Assembly: GCA_963847185.1 (NCBI GenBank)
Contig: CAWJYV010000008.1
Coordinates: 448,001-512,000, forward strand
Reading direction: 5' to 3'
Length of the DNA stretch: 64,000 nt
From: an uncultured Methanosarcinaceae archaeon
GTDB taxonomy: Archaea; Halobacteriota; Methanosarcinia; Methanosarcinales; Methanosarcinaceae
Part shown: in pieces, positions 32,746-43,079 of the stretch
Layout of the letters: every line of letters begins with the position of its first letter
Numbering within the stretch: position 1 is the first letter of the stretch
The notes under the pieces: generated by a model
Told to the model about the DNA's origin: nothing
The model's input: only the letters and a program-made list of their open reading frames with translations
Databases searched by the model: none
Made by a program: the position numbers and the translations under genes

Positions 32746-33435
32746 AGCTTTATTTCTTTTACCTTTTACCTTCCATTTCAGGAGTACTCCACTCTCTATT
32801 TTCTCTGCTGCGAGGAGTTCAAGTTCAAGGAGTTCAGCCTCTGAAAATCCTTTTCCGTCAGCAAAGGTTGGAGCTGCGCCCCCTCCTATAATTAAATTTC
32901 CTACGAAAGTATATACTTCATCAACAAGGCCTGAGGAAAGCATGCCCCAGTTAAGGGTTGCCCCTCCTTCCACCATAAGAGTGTTTATCCCCATTTCCTT
33001 CAGTTTTCTTGCAAGCTCTGGAAGGTTGACTTTATCAGTTCCTGTCTTGATAACAAGAGCTTTTTTTTCCAGTTTTTCTACATTTTCAGCAGGTGCTGAG
33101 TTTGAGACTGCAATTATCCTTATTCCTTCCCCTTTTTTAAAAATATCAGCATCCAGAGGGGTTCTTGCTGAACTATCTACAATAATCCTTACCGGATTTT
33201 CACTTTTTCCGGCAGTTTTCCTGGCATTTTTTCTTTCTGGAGATTTTACAGTAAGGCTGGGGTCGTCTGAAAGGACTGTTCCAATTCCTACCATAATCGC
33301 ATCGGTTTGAGCTCTTAGCTCATCTACTCTTTCAAAATCGGTTTTTCCGGAGATTTTGACCTGTTTTCTTTCTTTTGTTGAAAGTTTGCCGTCAGCTGAC
33401 ATTGCAGAATTGATAAAAACAAAAGGCCTATCCAT
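32740..33435 (-). CDS. arfC: 2,5-diamino-6-ribosylamino-4(3H)-pyrimidinone 5'-phosphate reductase
   Basis: AMSADGK, VGIGTVLSDDPSLT, MVEGGATL (RibD C-terminal fold, archaeal standalone form). Confidence 0.9.
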   Translation of the reverse strand: MDRPFVFINSAMSADGKLSTKERKQVKISGKTDFERVDELRAQTDAIMVGIGTVLSDDPSLTVKSPERKNARKTAGKSENPVRIIVDSSARTPLDADIFKKGEGIRIIAVSNSAPAENVEKLEKKALVIKTGTDKVNLPELARKLKEMGINTLMVEGGATLNWGMLSSGLVDEVYTFVGNLIIGGGAAPTFADGKGFSEAELLELELLAAEKIESGVLLKWKVKGKRNKAL

Positions 33436-33581
33436 TTTCGGGCTCCTGAAAAAAAGTATTTGGGAGACTTGATATAAGTTTTATCTCCCTTTGAGCAGAT
33501 TCTTTAATAATTTAAATTTGTTTTTATCTGTTGTTAGTTTATCTTAAAGGCCTGAAGATTTAAAAGCAGGTTTTAACCCGA

Positions 33582-34436
33582 TTATTGGGAATCTATTAGA
33601 GGCTTCAGGAGATCATAGTCTCTCAAAAGGCCCTGAAGCTTGCGGTTTGAGTTAATGATTGGGATCTGGTCAATCCTGTTCCGCTTCATCTTCCTTGCAC
33701 AATCGCTGACAGATGCGATGTAAGTGGCTGTGATCGGTTCCTTAATCATAATATCACTTCCGATCATGTTTGGGACTTTTATTCTTGACACACTATAATA
33801 TATACTCATGGTGTCCCGCATTGATTCCCAGGTCCAGGCATCGTCGTCAAGACCGGCAGACATATCTGACATCTCTACACTGTCCTCTATTACGCTCGCA
33901 GCAATAACGTCCCGATCCGAGATTATTCCTACAAGTTCCAGATTCCCATCAAGCACAGGGACAGCCTTGACGCCTGCGAGCTCCATAATCCTTGCGACTA
34001 CAGGTAAAGGCGTTTCACTATAAATTGCAACTACTTCTTCTTCTACATAGTCTTTGATAGGAATATCGATATTCATATCTGCGATTGTGCCTACCACATC
34101 TGCTACAGTAACAAGTCCTACGAGTTTCCCGTTGTCTACTACGGGGAGCCTTCTTATCTCATTTTCTAAAAGAAGACGTGCAGCAGTTTGCAGGTCCGAC
34201 CCAGGGGATATAGTTATCGGATCCCGTGTCATAAGAAGGGCCAGCTGTTCTTCTTCAGGTTTCTGAAGAAGGTTAGTCCTGGTTACAATCCCTACAATTT
34301 TGGAATCTTTAAGTACCGGAACCCCCGAGATGTGTTTGTTCTTAAGGATTTTAAGAACTTCGTCCCTTGAACCGGGAAGGGTTGCACTTGCTACATCCCT
34401 TACCATAATATCCTCAATAAAGATGTTTTTTGGCAT
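33582..34436 (-). CDS. Four-CBS-domain protein
   Basis: Repeated CBS motifs (ISGVPV, RRLPVV, LVGIISDRD, DQIPII). Confidence 0.9.
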   Translation of the reverse strand: MPKNIFIEDIMVRDVASATLPGSRDEVLKILKNKHISGVPVLKDSKIVGIVTRTNLLQKPEEEQLALLMTRDPITISPGSDLQTAARLLLENEIRRLPVVDNGKLVGLVTVADVVGTIADMNIDIPIKDYVEEEVVAIYSETPLPVVARIMELAGVKAVPVLDGNLELVGIISDRDVIAASVIEDSVEMSDMSAGLDDDAWTWESMRDTMSIYYSVSRIKVPNMIGSDIMIKEPITATYIASVSDCARKMKRNRIDQIPIINSNRKLQGLLRDYDLLKPLIDSQ

Positions 34437-34512
34437 CTTATCTACCTTTATCCTCTGAATCCTGAGTTTCTTTTATTTCTTTTCCCAAAAGGCTTCCAGT
34501 TGACAGAATATA

Positions 34513-34965
34513 TTAGATTTCTTCGTTACCCCTAACTACCATTACCGGAACTTTTGAGCCTCTTATCACTTTTTCTGCAACGCTGCCCATTAAAAACCTG
34601 TCCAGTCCGGTTTTTCCAAGGGTGCCCATCACTATCAGGTCAGCGTTGTTGTTTTCCGCAAAATCGATTATCTCGTTACTTGGGTGTCCTTCCCAGAGTA
34701 CCTCCCTTACCTCTACTCCTGCAGCTTCTCCACGTTCCTTAACTTCATATACTGCTCTTTCCCCCTCTTTTCTCAGGATTTCATACATTGCTTCCCAGCC
34801 GGCATCCATTGGTATTGAGGAAAAAGAAGATGTATCTACTACGTAAAGAGCATGAATTGTAGCTCCGCTAAGCTTTGCAATTTCGATGCCGTGAGAGATG
34901 GCCCTCTGTGTGTTCTCGGATCCGTCTGTTGCAATTACTATATTCCGGTAAAGCTCGCTCGTCAT
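34513..34965 (-). CDS. Universal stress protein
   Basis: IATDGSE, DLIVMGTLG..GLDRFLMGSVAEKV. Confidence 0.93.
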   Translation of the reverse strand: MTSELYRNIVIATDGSENTQRAISHGIEIAKLSGATIHALYVVDTSSFSSIPMDAGWEAMYEILRKEGERAVYEVKERGEAAGVEVREVLWEGHPSNEIIDFAENNNADLIVMGTLGKTGLDRFLMGSVAEKVIRGSKVPVMVVRGNEEI

Positions 34966-34984
34966 ATTTCGTTCTCCATTTGCT

Positions 34985-36094
34985 TTACGAATGAAATACC
35001 GATATTATATCATCGGGTCTTGCCCGCCTTGTGATTCCACTTATAGGGTCCTTTATTCCTGATAGATTATTGGAACTTCCATTCAGGATCATCAGATTAG
35101 CTTTATTCCCCTTTTCAATAGAACATGTGGAGTTTGGCCCCATTACAAAAGAACCATTAAGTGTGCAAATTTTAAATACTTGCCTATCATCAATTGAAAA
35201 TATTTTGGACATGAATTCCATTTCAGCAAACATATTTACAGAATTTAACATTACATTATCTGTTCCTGCAGCTACCCTGATTCCAGCATCAAGCATTTCT
35301 GCAATAGGTGCCATTCCAGCTCCTGTAATTAAGTTAGACCTGGGACACACAACAACGGGAATTCCTGCTTCAGCCACGTTATCAAGATCTTTTCTTGTGG
35401 CGTTTGTCATGTGAATAAGCAGATCAGGCTCCAAAGATAGTGCTTTTTCTATATCGCTCCTGTCTTTTTCTCCTGCATGAATTGCAAAGAATTTCTTCAG
35501 GTCTCGCGTATATGTAACGATTTCCTCAAGTAATTCAATGTCCAGATCATTTGTTCCGCTCATTCCAAGCCCTCTGGAATGTAGAAGAACTCTTTTTACT
35601 TCGGCCAGAACTACCTGAAGAGGTAGCTCGGGTTCTGCAGGTCTACCCAGTACCATAGATTTCAGTTCGAGTCCTTCAAGAGCTTTATTTAGGGCTGCAA
35701 CTCCTACAACCCCTCCTTCTCTAAAATCTGCAAAAGCACAGGTACCGGTTTCTATCATATCAAATAAGGACCTTCTTATGCATTCGATCAGGGTTTTATA
35801 TGGCGTTTCTCCAAGAATCCTGTGTTTTAACCCGTCAGGAGGTTTTACAAGTGAGTCAAGATCTCTCTGGATCTGAAAGTTAGAAACTTTTCCCAGAGGA
35901 GGATCTTTCAATACCGAGTCTCCAAGATGAGTATGGGCATTGACAAAACAGGGAGCTATTATATTGGAAGAATATGTATGCTCCTCTCCAATTTCCGTAA
36001 CTATTCCGTTTTTTACGCAGATATATCCTTCAATAGGTTCCAGTTCTGGGCCTGCAATTATTGTTCCGGGAATCATCTGTTCAGTGCCGTACAT
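34985..36094 (-). CDS. Metal-dependent amidohydrolase / deaminase
   Basis: NAHTHLGD, IHAGE, CPRSN, GTDN. Confidence 0.88.
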   Translation of the reverse strand: MYGTEQMIPGTIIAGPELEPIEGYICVKNGIVTEIGEEHTYSSNIIAPCFVNAHTHLGDSVLKDPPLGKVSNFQIQRDLDSLVKPPDGLKHRILGETPYKTLIECIRRSLFDMIETGTCAFADFREGGVVGVAALNKALEGLELKSMVLGRPAEPELPLQVVLAEVKRVLLHSRGLGMSGTNDLDIELLEEIVTYTRDLKKFFAIHAGEKDRSDIEKALSLEPDLLIHMTNATRKDLDNVAEAGIPVVVCPRSNLITGAGMAPIAEMLDAGIRVAAGTDNVMLNSVNMFAEMEFMSKIFSIDDRQVFKICTLNGSFVMGPNSTCSIEKGNKANLMILNGSSNNLSGIKDPISGITRRARPDDIISVFHS

Positions 36095-36454
36095 ATATAC
36101 GCACCTCTGCTAATTATCAAACGCCTGTGCTCAGTTGGTGGATGACCAAACATATGCATAATATATAACTTTTCCTTCAGATTATCTATAATACATTGAT
36201 TTTGGAATTAAACTACTGGAAATTTTCTTTCCGTATTTTAAATCTCTTTTTGACGATGCAATGAGTTTTGTCCTTTTACTGGTCTCATACATCTGTATCC
36301 TTTCTCTGTTATTTCTCAGGTATACTTTTTCTTTCTTATTACAAAATATTGCTCTTTAATGACTTTCATATGGCTATAGTTTAAACATGTTTATTTGAAA
36401 TCAAAGATTTTTTTCAGTTACTTTTATATATCATTAAGGATTTATATGTCCTTC

Positions 36455-36630
36455 ATCGCATTGTATAGGTCCTTGCACGAGATAATGGGATAACCTGACT
36501 GTGAGTGTACAGACAACCCCAATGCGGTACATCGGTAGTGTGACATTGCCTGGCACGAGGGTAACTGAAAGGGACTGCGGAAAACCAGAGGATGAACTTT
36601 CGGAGTTAGTGCGTCCGGGCTACAACACTA
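36455..36630 (+). ncRNA. Two-hairpin H/ACA-type pseudouridylation guide RNA (candidate)
   Basis: TTTATATA box at 36423-36430. Hairpin 1 ATCGCATTG/CAATGCGGT followed by ACA (36529-31). Hairpin 2 GCCTGG/CCGGGC followed by ACA (36622-24). GA/TGA K-turn-like motifs in the apices; pockets lie 14-15 nt from ACA. Confidence 0.7.
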
Positions 36631-36818
36631 TTCTCTCCTGCTTTCAAAAATCATATCTGTCAATCATATTTGTCAGTTACTTTACTAATCATTTTGGTAT
36701 CAATTTCATAGTGGTTTTACCAATATCTGATTATATTTTTGCTACTTATGGATATTCTTCCCCCTCTCCGCGCTGATTCGTTATTGTTTTATAGAATACT
36801 TAGAAAGATATAACACAT

Positions 36819-37136
36819 ATGTCCTTTGAAGAGGCAATAAAAGACCTTAATTCAGCTGTTCTTGTTGATATCGAGGTTACACCCGGCTCCAAGTCAGTCT
36901 CGGTTCCTAGTGGTTATAATGAATGGCGTAAAAGAATTGAAGTAAAATTAACAAAAAATGCTCAAAAAGGAAAAGCTAATGAACAGCTGGTCGAGTGCCT
37001 TGCCAAACTCTTCGGAATCAGCAGTTCGGATATTGTTATCAGCAGTGGAGCGACAAGCAGTAAGAAATCTTTATTGATAAAAGGAATCTCTTACCAGCAG
37101 GCGGTTTCTATTTTTGCAGTCTACTTAAGGAGTTAA
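36819..37136 (+). CDS. DUF167 / YggU family protein
   Basis: IEVTPGS, GKANEQL, SGATSSKK. Confidence 0.88.
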   Translation: MSFEEAIKDLNSAVLVDIEVTPGSKSVSVPSGYNEWRKRIEVKLTKNAQKGKANEQLVECLAKLFGISSSDIVISSGATSSKKSLLIKGISYQQAVSIFAVYLRS

Positions 37137-37326
37137 AGTAGGCAGTCTACTTAAGGAATTAAGTAGTATATAGATAGATAAATATATCTATAATTCAACA
37201 AATAACTAAATATAAAAATAAAATCTCTTTTAAGAATCGATAGAGTTATTAACAGTAATTTTTAGCTTTTAAAAAATACTTTGAAAAGTTAAGTCCAATT
37301 TCTCAATATTTTAGCTACAAAAAAGG

Positions 37327-37770
37327 TTGCAGAATAACGTGGTTGATCCTGAAATTTACAGAAAAAGGCTTGAAAGGATTGAAGAGCTACTCGCCGAACT
37401 TTTAGAGTATTCAGAAAAAGGAGCAATCATTATTGTGGAGGGAAAAAGAGATATTTTTTCATTGAAAGGGCTTGGAATCGAAGGTAACTTTGAACTTGCA
37501 ACAAGACATTCTCTTTTTAATTTTTCTGAGGAAATTGCAAGACGTGGCAGTGAAGTAATCATACTTACGGATTGGGACAGGCGAGGTGACATACTTGCTG
37601 CAAAGCTTTCAGAATACCTCAAAAGTTTTGGTTTGAAACCTGAGCTTCAGATCCGAAATAAACTGAGGCTTATTTCTCAAAAAGAAATTAAAGATGTGGA
37701 GAGCCTGTATACCTATGTTTCGAATCTAAGATTGAAGGCCGGCTCAAGTTTTGACGAAGATATTAAGTGA
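37327..37770 (+). CDS. Small TOPRIM-domain protein
   Basis: [23 protein letters not shown]. Confidence 0.88.
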   Translation: MQNNVVDPEIYRKRLERIEELLAELLEYSEKGAIIIVEGKRDIFSLKGLGIEGNFELATRHSLFNFSEEIARRGSEVIILTDWDRRGDILAAKLSEYLKSFGLKPELQIRNKLRLISQKEIKDVESLYTYVSNLRLKAGSSFDEDIK

Positions 37771-38015
37771 AAAATGAAATTATGAAGCTATGCGAGGCTT
37801 CTTTTGTAATAATAGTTCTAAACCATGTATGAAAATATTTTAAGAGTAGTGCGAAAACATATATAAAATATCTTGAATAGATCTAAGAACTGAAGACTTC
37901 AAGAAGATAAAGAAGATAAAGAAGATAAAGAAAAATGCATTTAAATAGGTAATTTCTTTTTCTTTATCTAAAAAACAAAAATTATGGATTATTCTCGATA
38001 GTCGTAGGAGTGTTC

Positions 38016-38432
38016 TTATTCTTTATGCATGGGATTGGGAACTTCTCCTTTCTCCTGCAGCATTTCCATACTTTGTGGGCTTTTTTGATGATTAAATGTC
38101 CGGTCAAATTCCGGATACTTTGAGAATCTGTCAGCCAGTTCTTCAAACATTTTGTGTCTTGGACTGATAATTATTATATGAGCAGGGGGATGAATTTTCT
38201 TCAACCTGCTTATCGCAGCTCCAGCATGATTATTCAATTCTACCAGTGCTGCTGAATTACATTTTGACTTGAGAGATACACCCATCACATTCACAAGAAG
38301 CTCATCAGCATAGTTTGGTTCTATGCATTTAGGAGTGGCTGAAAATTGGATATGTCCGTATCGTTCAAGGTCATGTAATGCTATTTTTACTTTATCCGAG
38401 TCGTCTGCCCGGACTAATGCGAATGATTTCAT
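38016..38432 (-). CDS. DUF356 family archaeal protein
   Basis: ALVRADDSDKVKIALHDLERY, KIHPPAHIIIIS. Confidence 0.8.
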   Translation of the reverse strand: MKSFALVRADDSDKVKIALHDLERYGHIQFSATPKCIEPNYADELLVNVMGVSLKSKCNSAALVELNNHAGAAISRLKKIHPPAHIIIISPRHKMFEELADRFSKYPEFDRTFNHQKSPQSMEMLQEKGEVPNPMHKE

Positions 38433-39377
38433 TTTTTACACACCACCAATACTGAAGTTATCCCCATTTCGATATGGATTTACCCCTATAATAATCTTTG
38501 TGTAAAGAACGGCAATTAAAGACCGAAATTTTCGGACAGATGCGGCATCTTAATCACTTTTAAGATGTTATATAGGAGCTTTAGGTCTGAATAATCCTTA
38601 TTCACCTGTTTCTCTTACGCAAGGCGTTTTCAAAAATTATAAGGGTTTATCAAAATTTCTTTTTTCAAGATTTAGTATTCGTTTCCAGGTAATGGAATAG
38701 CGTATTCTATAGTTATATGCATGGTATATATATTCTTTGAAATAATATTTCATTATTAAAAGCTTTTTTTAAAACTCTATTTTTTAAAATAAGTTGAATT
38801 ATGTTTTCCTTTGAGGCGAAACGTTCAGATATTAATCTCTAAATTGAGTTATTTACTGCTAGTTTAACTCTCAAATGACATTAATTTTACTCATATCCAG
38901 AAGGGTATCTACGACTCTTGACTTTAAAAGTCAAGAACTTGATATATAAATAAAGAACCTGATACATATGCCAAAAACTTGATATCTATTACCGTGGGTT
39001 ATGTTTCTTTCTCCAGTTATTACAATTCAGCATCATTTGAAATAAATATATCTTTTATTAGAACCTTTATATTTTATATACATGAACAATGTGCAGAAAG
39101 ACACATCATAAGATTGTCTGTACTCTCTTTTCGTTTAATACTTACTTTGTGAATGTAACGGGAAGAATTAATACACCTTTAGATTATGAATATAGCTCTA
39201 ATAAATACAATTAATTTTTCAATTTGATTCAATAAGGCAATTTATAATAAGACTCATCGCTTATTTCCCGATGCCTGATTAACGTTCAATATGTTGAATT
39301 AATGAAGCGATTAAGAAGTTAGTTGCTCAGCCCCCAGATTAAAGTTTTTAAGGGTTATCAAAAAAGATGGTGATTGT

Positions 39378-40721
39378 ATGGCTGAAGATATTAAGACTAA
39401 AGTTATAAAGGCAAAAAAAGCGTCAATTGAACTTTCCAGTGTGAGCGAGGAAATAAAAAACAGAGCTCTTGAGGCTATGGCCAGTGCTCTTGATAAAGAA
39501 AGGCAGGCCATTCTGGACGCAAATTCAAAAGATCTTGAAGCTGCAGTAGAACTGAAGAAAAAAGGGAAGCTTACCCAGGCCCTTGTGGATAGACTTAAAG
39601 TAAATGACTCGAAGATTAACGGGATGATTGCGGGCATAAGAGATGTGATAAAACTCAGGGATCCTGTTGGAGACACTCTGTCTACTCTTGAGCTTGACAA
39701 AGATCTTATTCTTTATCAGATAAGCTGCCCCATAGGCTTAATAGGGGTCATTTTCGAGTCCAGGCCTGATGTAGTACCTCAGGTAATGTCCCTTTGCCTG
39801 AAGAGCGGAAATGCGACTATCTTCAAAGGTGGAAGTGAGGCCAGAGAGTCCAATCGCACTATTTTCGAGATTTTAGTTAAAGCCATAGAATCCATAGACG
39901 GCATGCCGGAAGGCGCTTTCCAGCTTATGGAAACCAGAGAAGAGATAATGGATCTTTTGAGCCTTGATGCCTATGTTGACCTTCTTATTCCCAGAGGCTC
40001 AAACGAATTTGTCAAATTTATTCAGGAAAATACGAAGATCCCTGTACTGGGACATACCAGCGGAATCTGCCATATTTATGTGGATGAATATGCTGATCTT
40101 GATACTGCATGGAAAGTCTGTTTTGATGCCAAAGTGCAGTATCCTGCCGTATGCAATGCCATCGAAACTCTACTTGTAAACCGCGAAATTGCAGATTCCT
40201 TCCTGCCTAAAATGGCGGAAATGTATCTCGGGGCAGGGGTTGAACTGCGCTGTGACAAGGACAGCTATGATCTGCTTTCAAAAAGAGGTTTCTCTCCTCT
40301 TTCAAAAGCTACTGAAGAGGATTGGAGTCTTGAGTACAATGATCTTATCCTTTCCATAAAGCTCGTCAATGCGATGAAGGGAGCTATTGATCATATAAAC
40401 ACTTTCGGTTCCCACCACACTGATGGGATTATTTCAGAAAATGCATCCCGGAGAAAAGAATTCATAGGGCTTGTTGACTCATCGAGTGTCATGGTAAATG
40501 CCTCAACTCGTTTTGCGGACGGTTATCGTTACGGAAAAGGGGCTGAAGTAGGAATCAGCACTAACAAGATCCATTCCCGGGGACCTGTAGGGATGGAAGG
40601 CTTGCTGATTTACAAGTATATCCTTATGGGCAAAGGGCAGGTTGTTGCGGACTATGTGGGAGATAATGCAAAACCCTATACTCACAGGAAACTTGACCTT
40701 GAATTCAAAGATATGAACTAA
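39378..40721 (+). CDS. proA: Gamma-glutamyl phosphate reductase
   Basis: GVIFESRPD, KGGSEA, PRGS, CNAIETLL, NASTRFADG, GISTNKIHSRGPVG. Confidence 0.96.
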   Translation: MAEDIKTKVIKAKKASIELSSVSEEIKNRALEAMASALDKERQAILDANSKDLEAAVELKKKGKLTQALVDRLKVNDSKINGMIAGIRDVIKLRDPVGDTLSTLELDKDLILYQISCPIGLIGVIFESRPDVVPQVMSLCLKSGNATIFKGGSEARESNRTIFEILVKAIESIDGMPEGAFQLMETREEIMDLLSLDAYVDLLIPRGSNEFVKFIQENTKIPVLGHTSGICHIYVDEYADLDTAWKVCFDAKVQYPAVCNAIETLLVNREIADSFLPKMAEMYLGAGVELRCDKDSYDLLSKRGFSPLSKATEEDWSLEYNDLILSIKLVNAMKGAIDHINTFGSHHTDGIISENASRRKEFIGLVDSSSVMVNASTRFADGYRYGKGAEVGISTNKIHSRGPVGMEGLLIYKYILMGKGQVVADYVGDNAKPYTHRKLDLEFKDMN

Positions 40722-40855
40722 ACCTCTTTAATTTTATAATATCTTTATATATCTGGATTGAAATACCAGCACATTGAATGTAAGTTGTGGAAATCCGCAT
40801 TGCGGCTATTAGCTTTTTAGGCCGCACTTCCAAAATACCTTACGAGGCCTTGTGA

Positions 40856-42013
40856 TTGACAGATAGAAAAGAATTTCTTAGTGACGTTAATAAAATCGTT
40901 GTCAAAATCGGTACTTCCTCTATTACAAAAAAGAATTGTGACGATACGAAAGAAAACTGCAGCATTGACCCTTCCTATATGGAAAGCATTGCAGCCCAGG
41001 TATCCGAGCTCCGAAAGCATGGGAAAGAAGTAATTCTGGTGAGTTCGGGAGCAATAGGCGTAGGATTGAATGAACTGGGCATTGCCCCAAAACCTCGTGA
41101 AATTCCTATCAGACAGGCAGCGGCAGCTGTGGGGCAGAGCATTCTCATGCAGTACTGGAGCGAAGCATTTGCAAAGTATGGGATGAAAGTTGCTCAAATC
41201 CTTCTTACCTATGAATTCTATTCAGACCGTGTATCCTACCTGAATCTCAGGAACAGCATTTCTACTCTTCTGGAATATGGAGTCGTTCCGATTATAAACG
41301 AAAACGACTGTACCTGCACAAACGAGATTGAAGCGATCTTCGGAGATAATGATAAACTTTCTGCAATGGTTGCAAGCAAAATCGATGCTGATCTCCTTAT
41401 TATTCTTTCGGATATTGATGGTCTTTTTGATAAAAATCCAAAAACGCATAGTGACGCCAGACTGCTTTCCCTTGTGGAGAGGATCACTCCTGAAATAGAG
41501 AGTTATGGGGGTGACCCTACAAGTTTCAAGGGTGTAGGAGGAATGAGGACGAAAATAAAAGCTGCAAAGATCTGCAGTATGGCAGGTTGCTATGTGTTGA
41601 TTGCAAATAGCGAAATCAAGAACGTGGTGCTGAAGATTCTTTCCGGGGAAGAAATAGGAACGCTTTTCCTGGCTGAAAGGCATATTCAGAAGAATCGCTC
41701 CAGGTGGATTATTCTCTCAAGGGCTTCAGGTACTGTTCATGTAGACGCAGGGGCAAAAGCCGCGGTCCTTAAAAAAAACAGCCTCCTTCCTGCAGGTATT
41801 GTAGGGGTTGAGGGAATTTTTGACAGAGGGGATGTTATAAAGCTCGAGTGTGAAGGCAGAATCTTTGCAAAGGGAATTACAGACTATACCTCTGAAGAGC
41901 TTATGCAAATAAAAGGAGCTCATACGAACGAAATTGAAGGTATTCTGGGCTACAAAAACTACGATAATGTAATAAAAAAAGAAAATGTAGGCATACTGGA
42001 AGAAGTAAACTAA
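40856..42013 (+). CDS. proB: Glutamate 5-kinase with PUA domain
   Basis: VVKIGTS, VSSGAI, INEND, GDNDKLSA, GGMRTKIKAA. Confidence 0.96.
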   Translation: MTDRKEFLSDVNKIVVKIGTSSITKKNCDDTKENCSIDPSYMESIAAQVSELRKHGKEVILVSSGAIGVGLNELGIAPKPREIPIRQAAAAVGQSILMQYWSEAFAKYGMKVAQILLTYEFYSDRVSYLNLRNSISTLLEYGVVPIINENDCTCTNEIEAIFGDNDKLSAMVASKIDADLLIILSDIDGLFDKNPKTHSDARLLSLVERITPEIESYGGDPTSFKGVGGMRTKIKAAKICSMAGCYVLIANSEIKNVVLKILSGEEIGTLFLAERHIQKNRSRWIILSRASGTVHVDAGAKAAVLKKNSLLPAGIVGVEGIFDRGDVIKLECEGRIFAKGITDYTSEELMQIKGAHTNEIEGILGYKNYDNVIKKENVGILEEVN

Positions 42014-42194
42014 ATATCGGGATTTCTAAGAGTTTAGATGAGTTCCTATTATTTGGAATATTTGGAATCCATTCTTAGAACCCATTCTTAATTATCAATC
42101 TTAAATTCCTTAAAAATCATTCTATAATAGCTAACTCTGAAGCAAATATTCCTTGATATTTACTCTTATCTTTGGAAATTAGGAGATGTTATAC

Positions 42195-43007
42195 ATGGAA
42201 AATCGAAATATCGGATTTATCGGAGCAGGTAAAATGGGCTCTGCTCTCATGCAGGGAATCATTAAGGCCGGAATTGTTAAACCTGAAAATATTGGCGCAA
42301 GCGATGTATACGAGCCATTTTTAAATGAATTGAAGACAAATCTGGGAATCCGGGTCTCAACTGACAATGCTGTCATTGTCCAGGGATCGGACATTCTTAT
42401 CCTTGCAGTGAAACCTCAGACTCTTGATTCCGTACTTGCAAATCTAAGGGCTTACATAGGTCCTGAAAAACTTGTAATTTCAATTGCCGCAGGCGTACCT
42501 CTCTCTACCTATGAAAATGCCCTTCCAGAAGGCACCAGGGTCATACGTGTAATGCCTAATATAGCAGCCACGGTCTCAGAAGCTGCCTCCGGAATTTCTC
42601 CTGGCAGGAATGTCACTGCTGAAGACTTAAAAACAGCTCTTGAGATCTTTTCTGCAGTTGGCACAGCAGTTCAGGTGCCAGAGTCTCTTATGGATGCCGT
42701 TACAGGGCTTTCAGGAAGCGGGCCTGCTTTTATCTTCCCTGTAATTGAAGCAATGGCTGATGGGGCTGTCCTTGAAGGTATGGACAGGAAGAGTGCTCTT
42801 ACCCTGGCAGCCCAGACTGTACTTGGAGCTGCAAAAATGGCGCTTGAAACAGGCATGCACCCGGGAGAACTAAAAGATATGGTCACTTCTCCTGCCGGGA
42901 CTACAATTCAAGGTATTCATGCTCTTGAGGAAGCCGGAATCAGGGCTGCTTTTATGAATGCAGTTATAAGGGCAAGTGAACGCTCAAAAGAACTCGGGAA
43001 AAAGTAA
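42195..43007 (+). CDS. proC: Pyrroline-5-carboxylate reductase
   Basis: IGAGKMG, RVMPN, GLSGSGPAF, VTSPAGTT. Confidence 0.96.
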   Translation: MENRNIGFIGAGKMGSALMQGIIKAGIVKPENIGASDVYEPFLNELKTNLGIRVSTDNAVIVQGSDILILAVKPQTLDSVLANLRAYIGPEKLVISIAAGVPLSTYENALPEGTRVIRVMPNIAATVSEAASGISPGRNVTAEDLKTALEIFSAVGTAVQVPESLMDAVTGLSGSGPAFIFPVIEAMADGAVLEGMDRKSALTLAAQTVLGAAKMALETGMHPGELKDMVTSPAGTTIQGIHALEEAGIRAAFMNAVIRASERSKELGKK

Positions 43008-43079
43008 ATCTCTTTTATTTTTCCGGTTTTCTTATTTTTCTTTTTGAATCTGGCAGCTAAAAGCGAAAAAAGTTTTAGA

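Noticed and set aside
32666-33310. Long antisense ORFs (e.g. 214 aa opposite arfC and many others in the track)
   Set aside because: They are shadow frames of well-supported genes on the other strand.
36501-36776. 91-aa ORF
   Set aside because: It overlaps the H/ACA-like structure, has no RBS or recognisable family, and runs into low-complexity AT-rich sequence.
37901-37932. AAGAAGATA x3, plus similar short duplications near 3570, 37117 and 54895
   Set aside because: Ordinary slippage repeats, common in AT-rich intergenic DNA.
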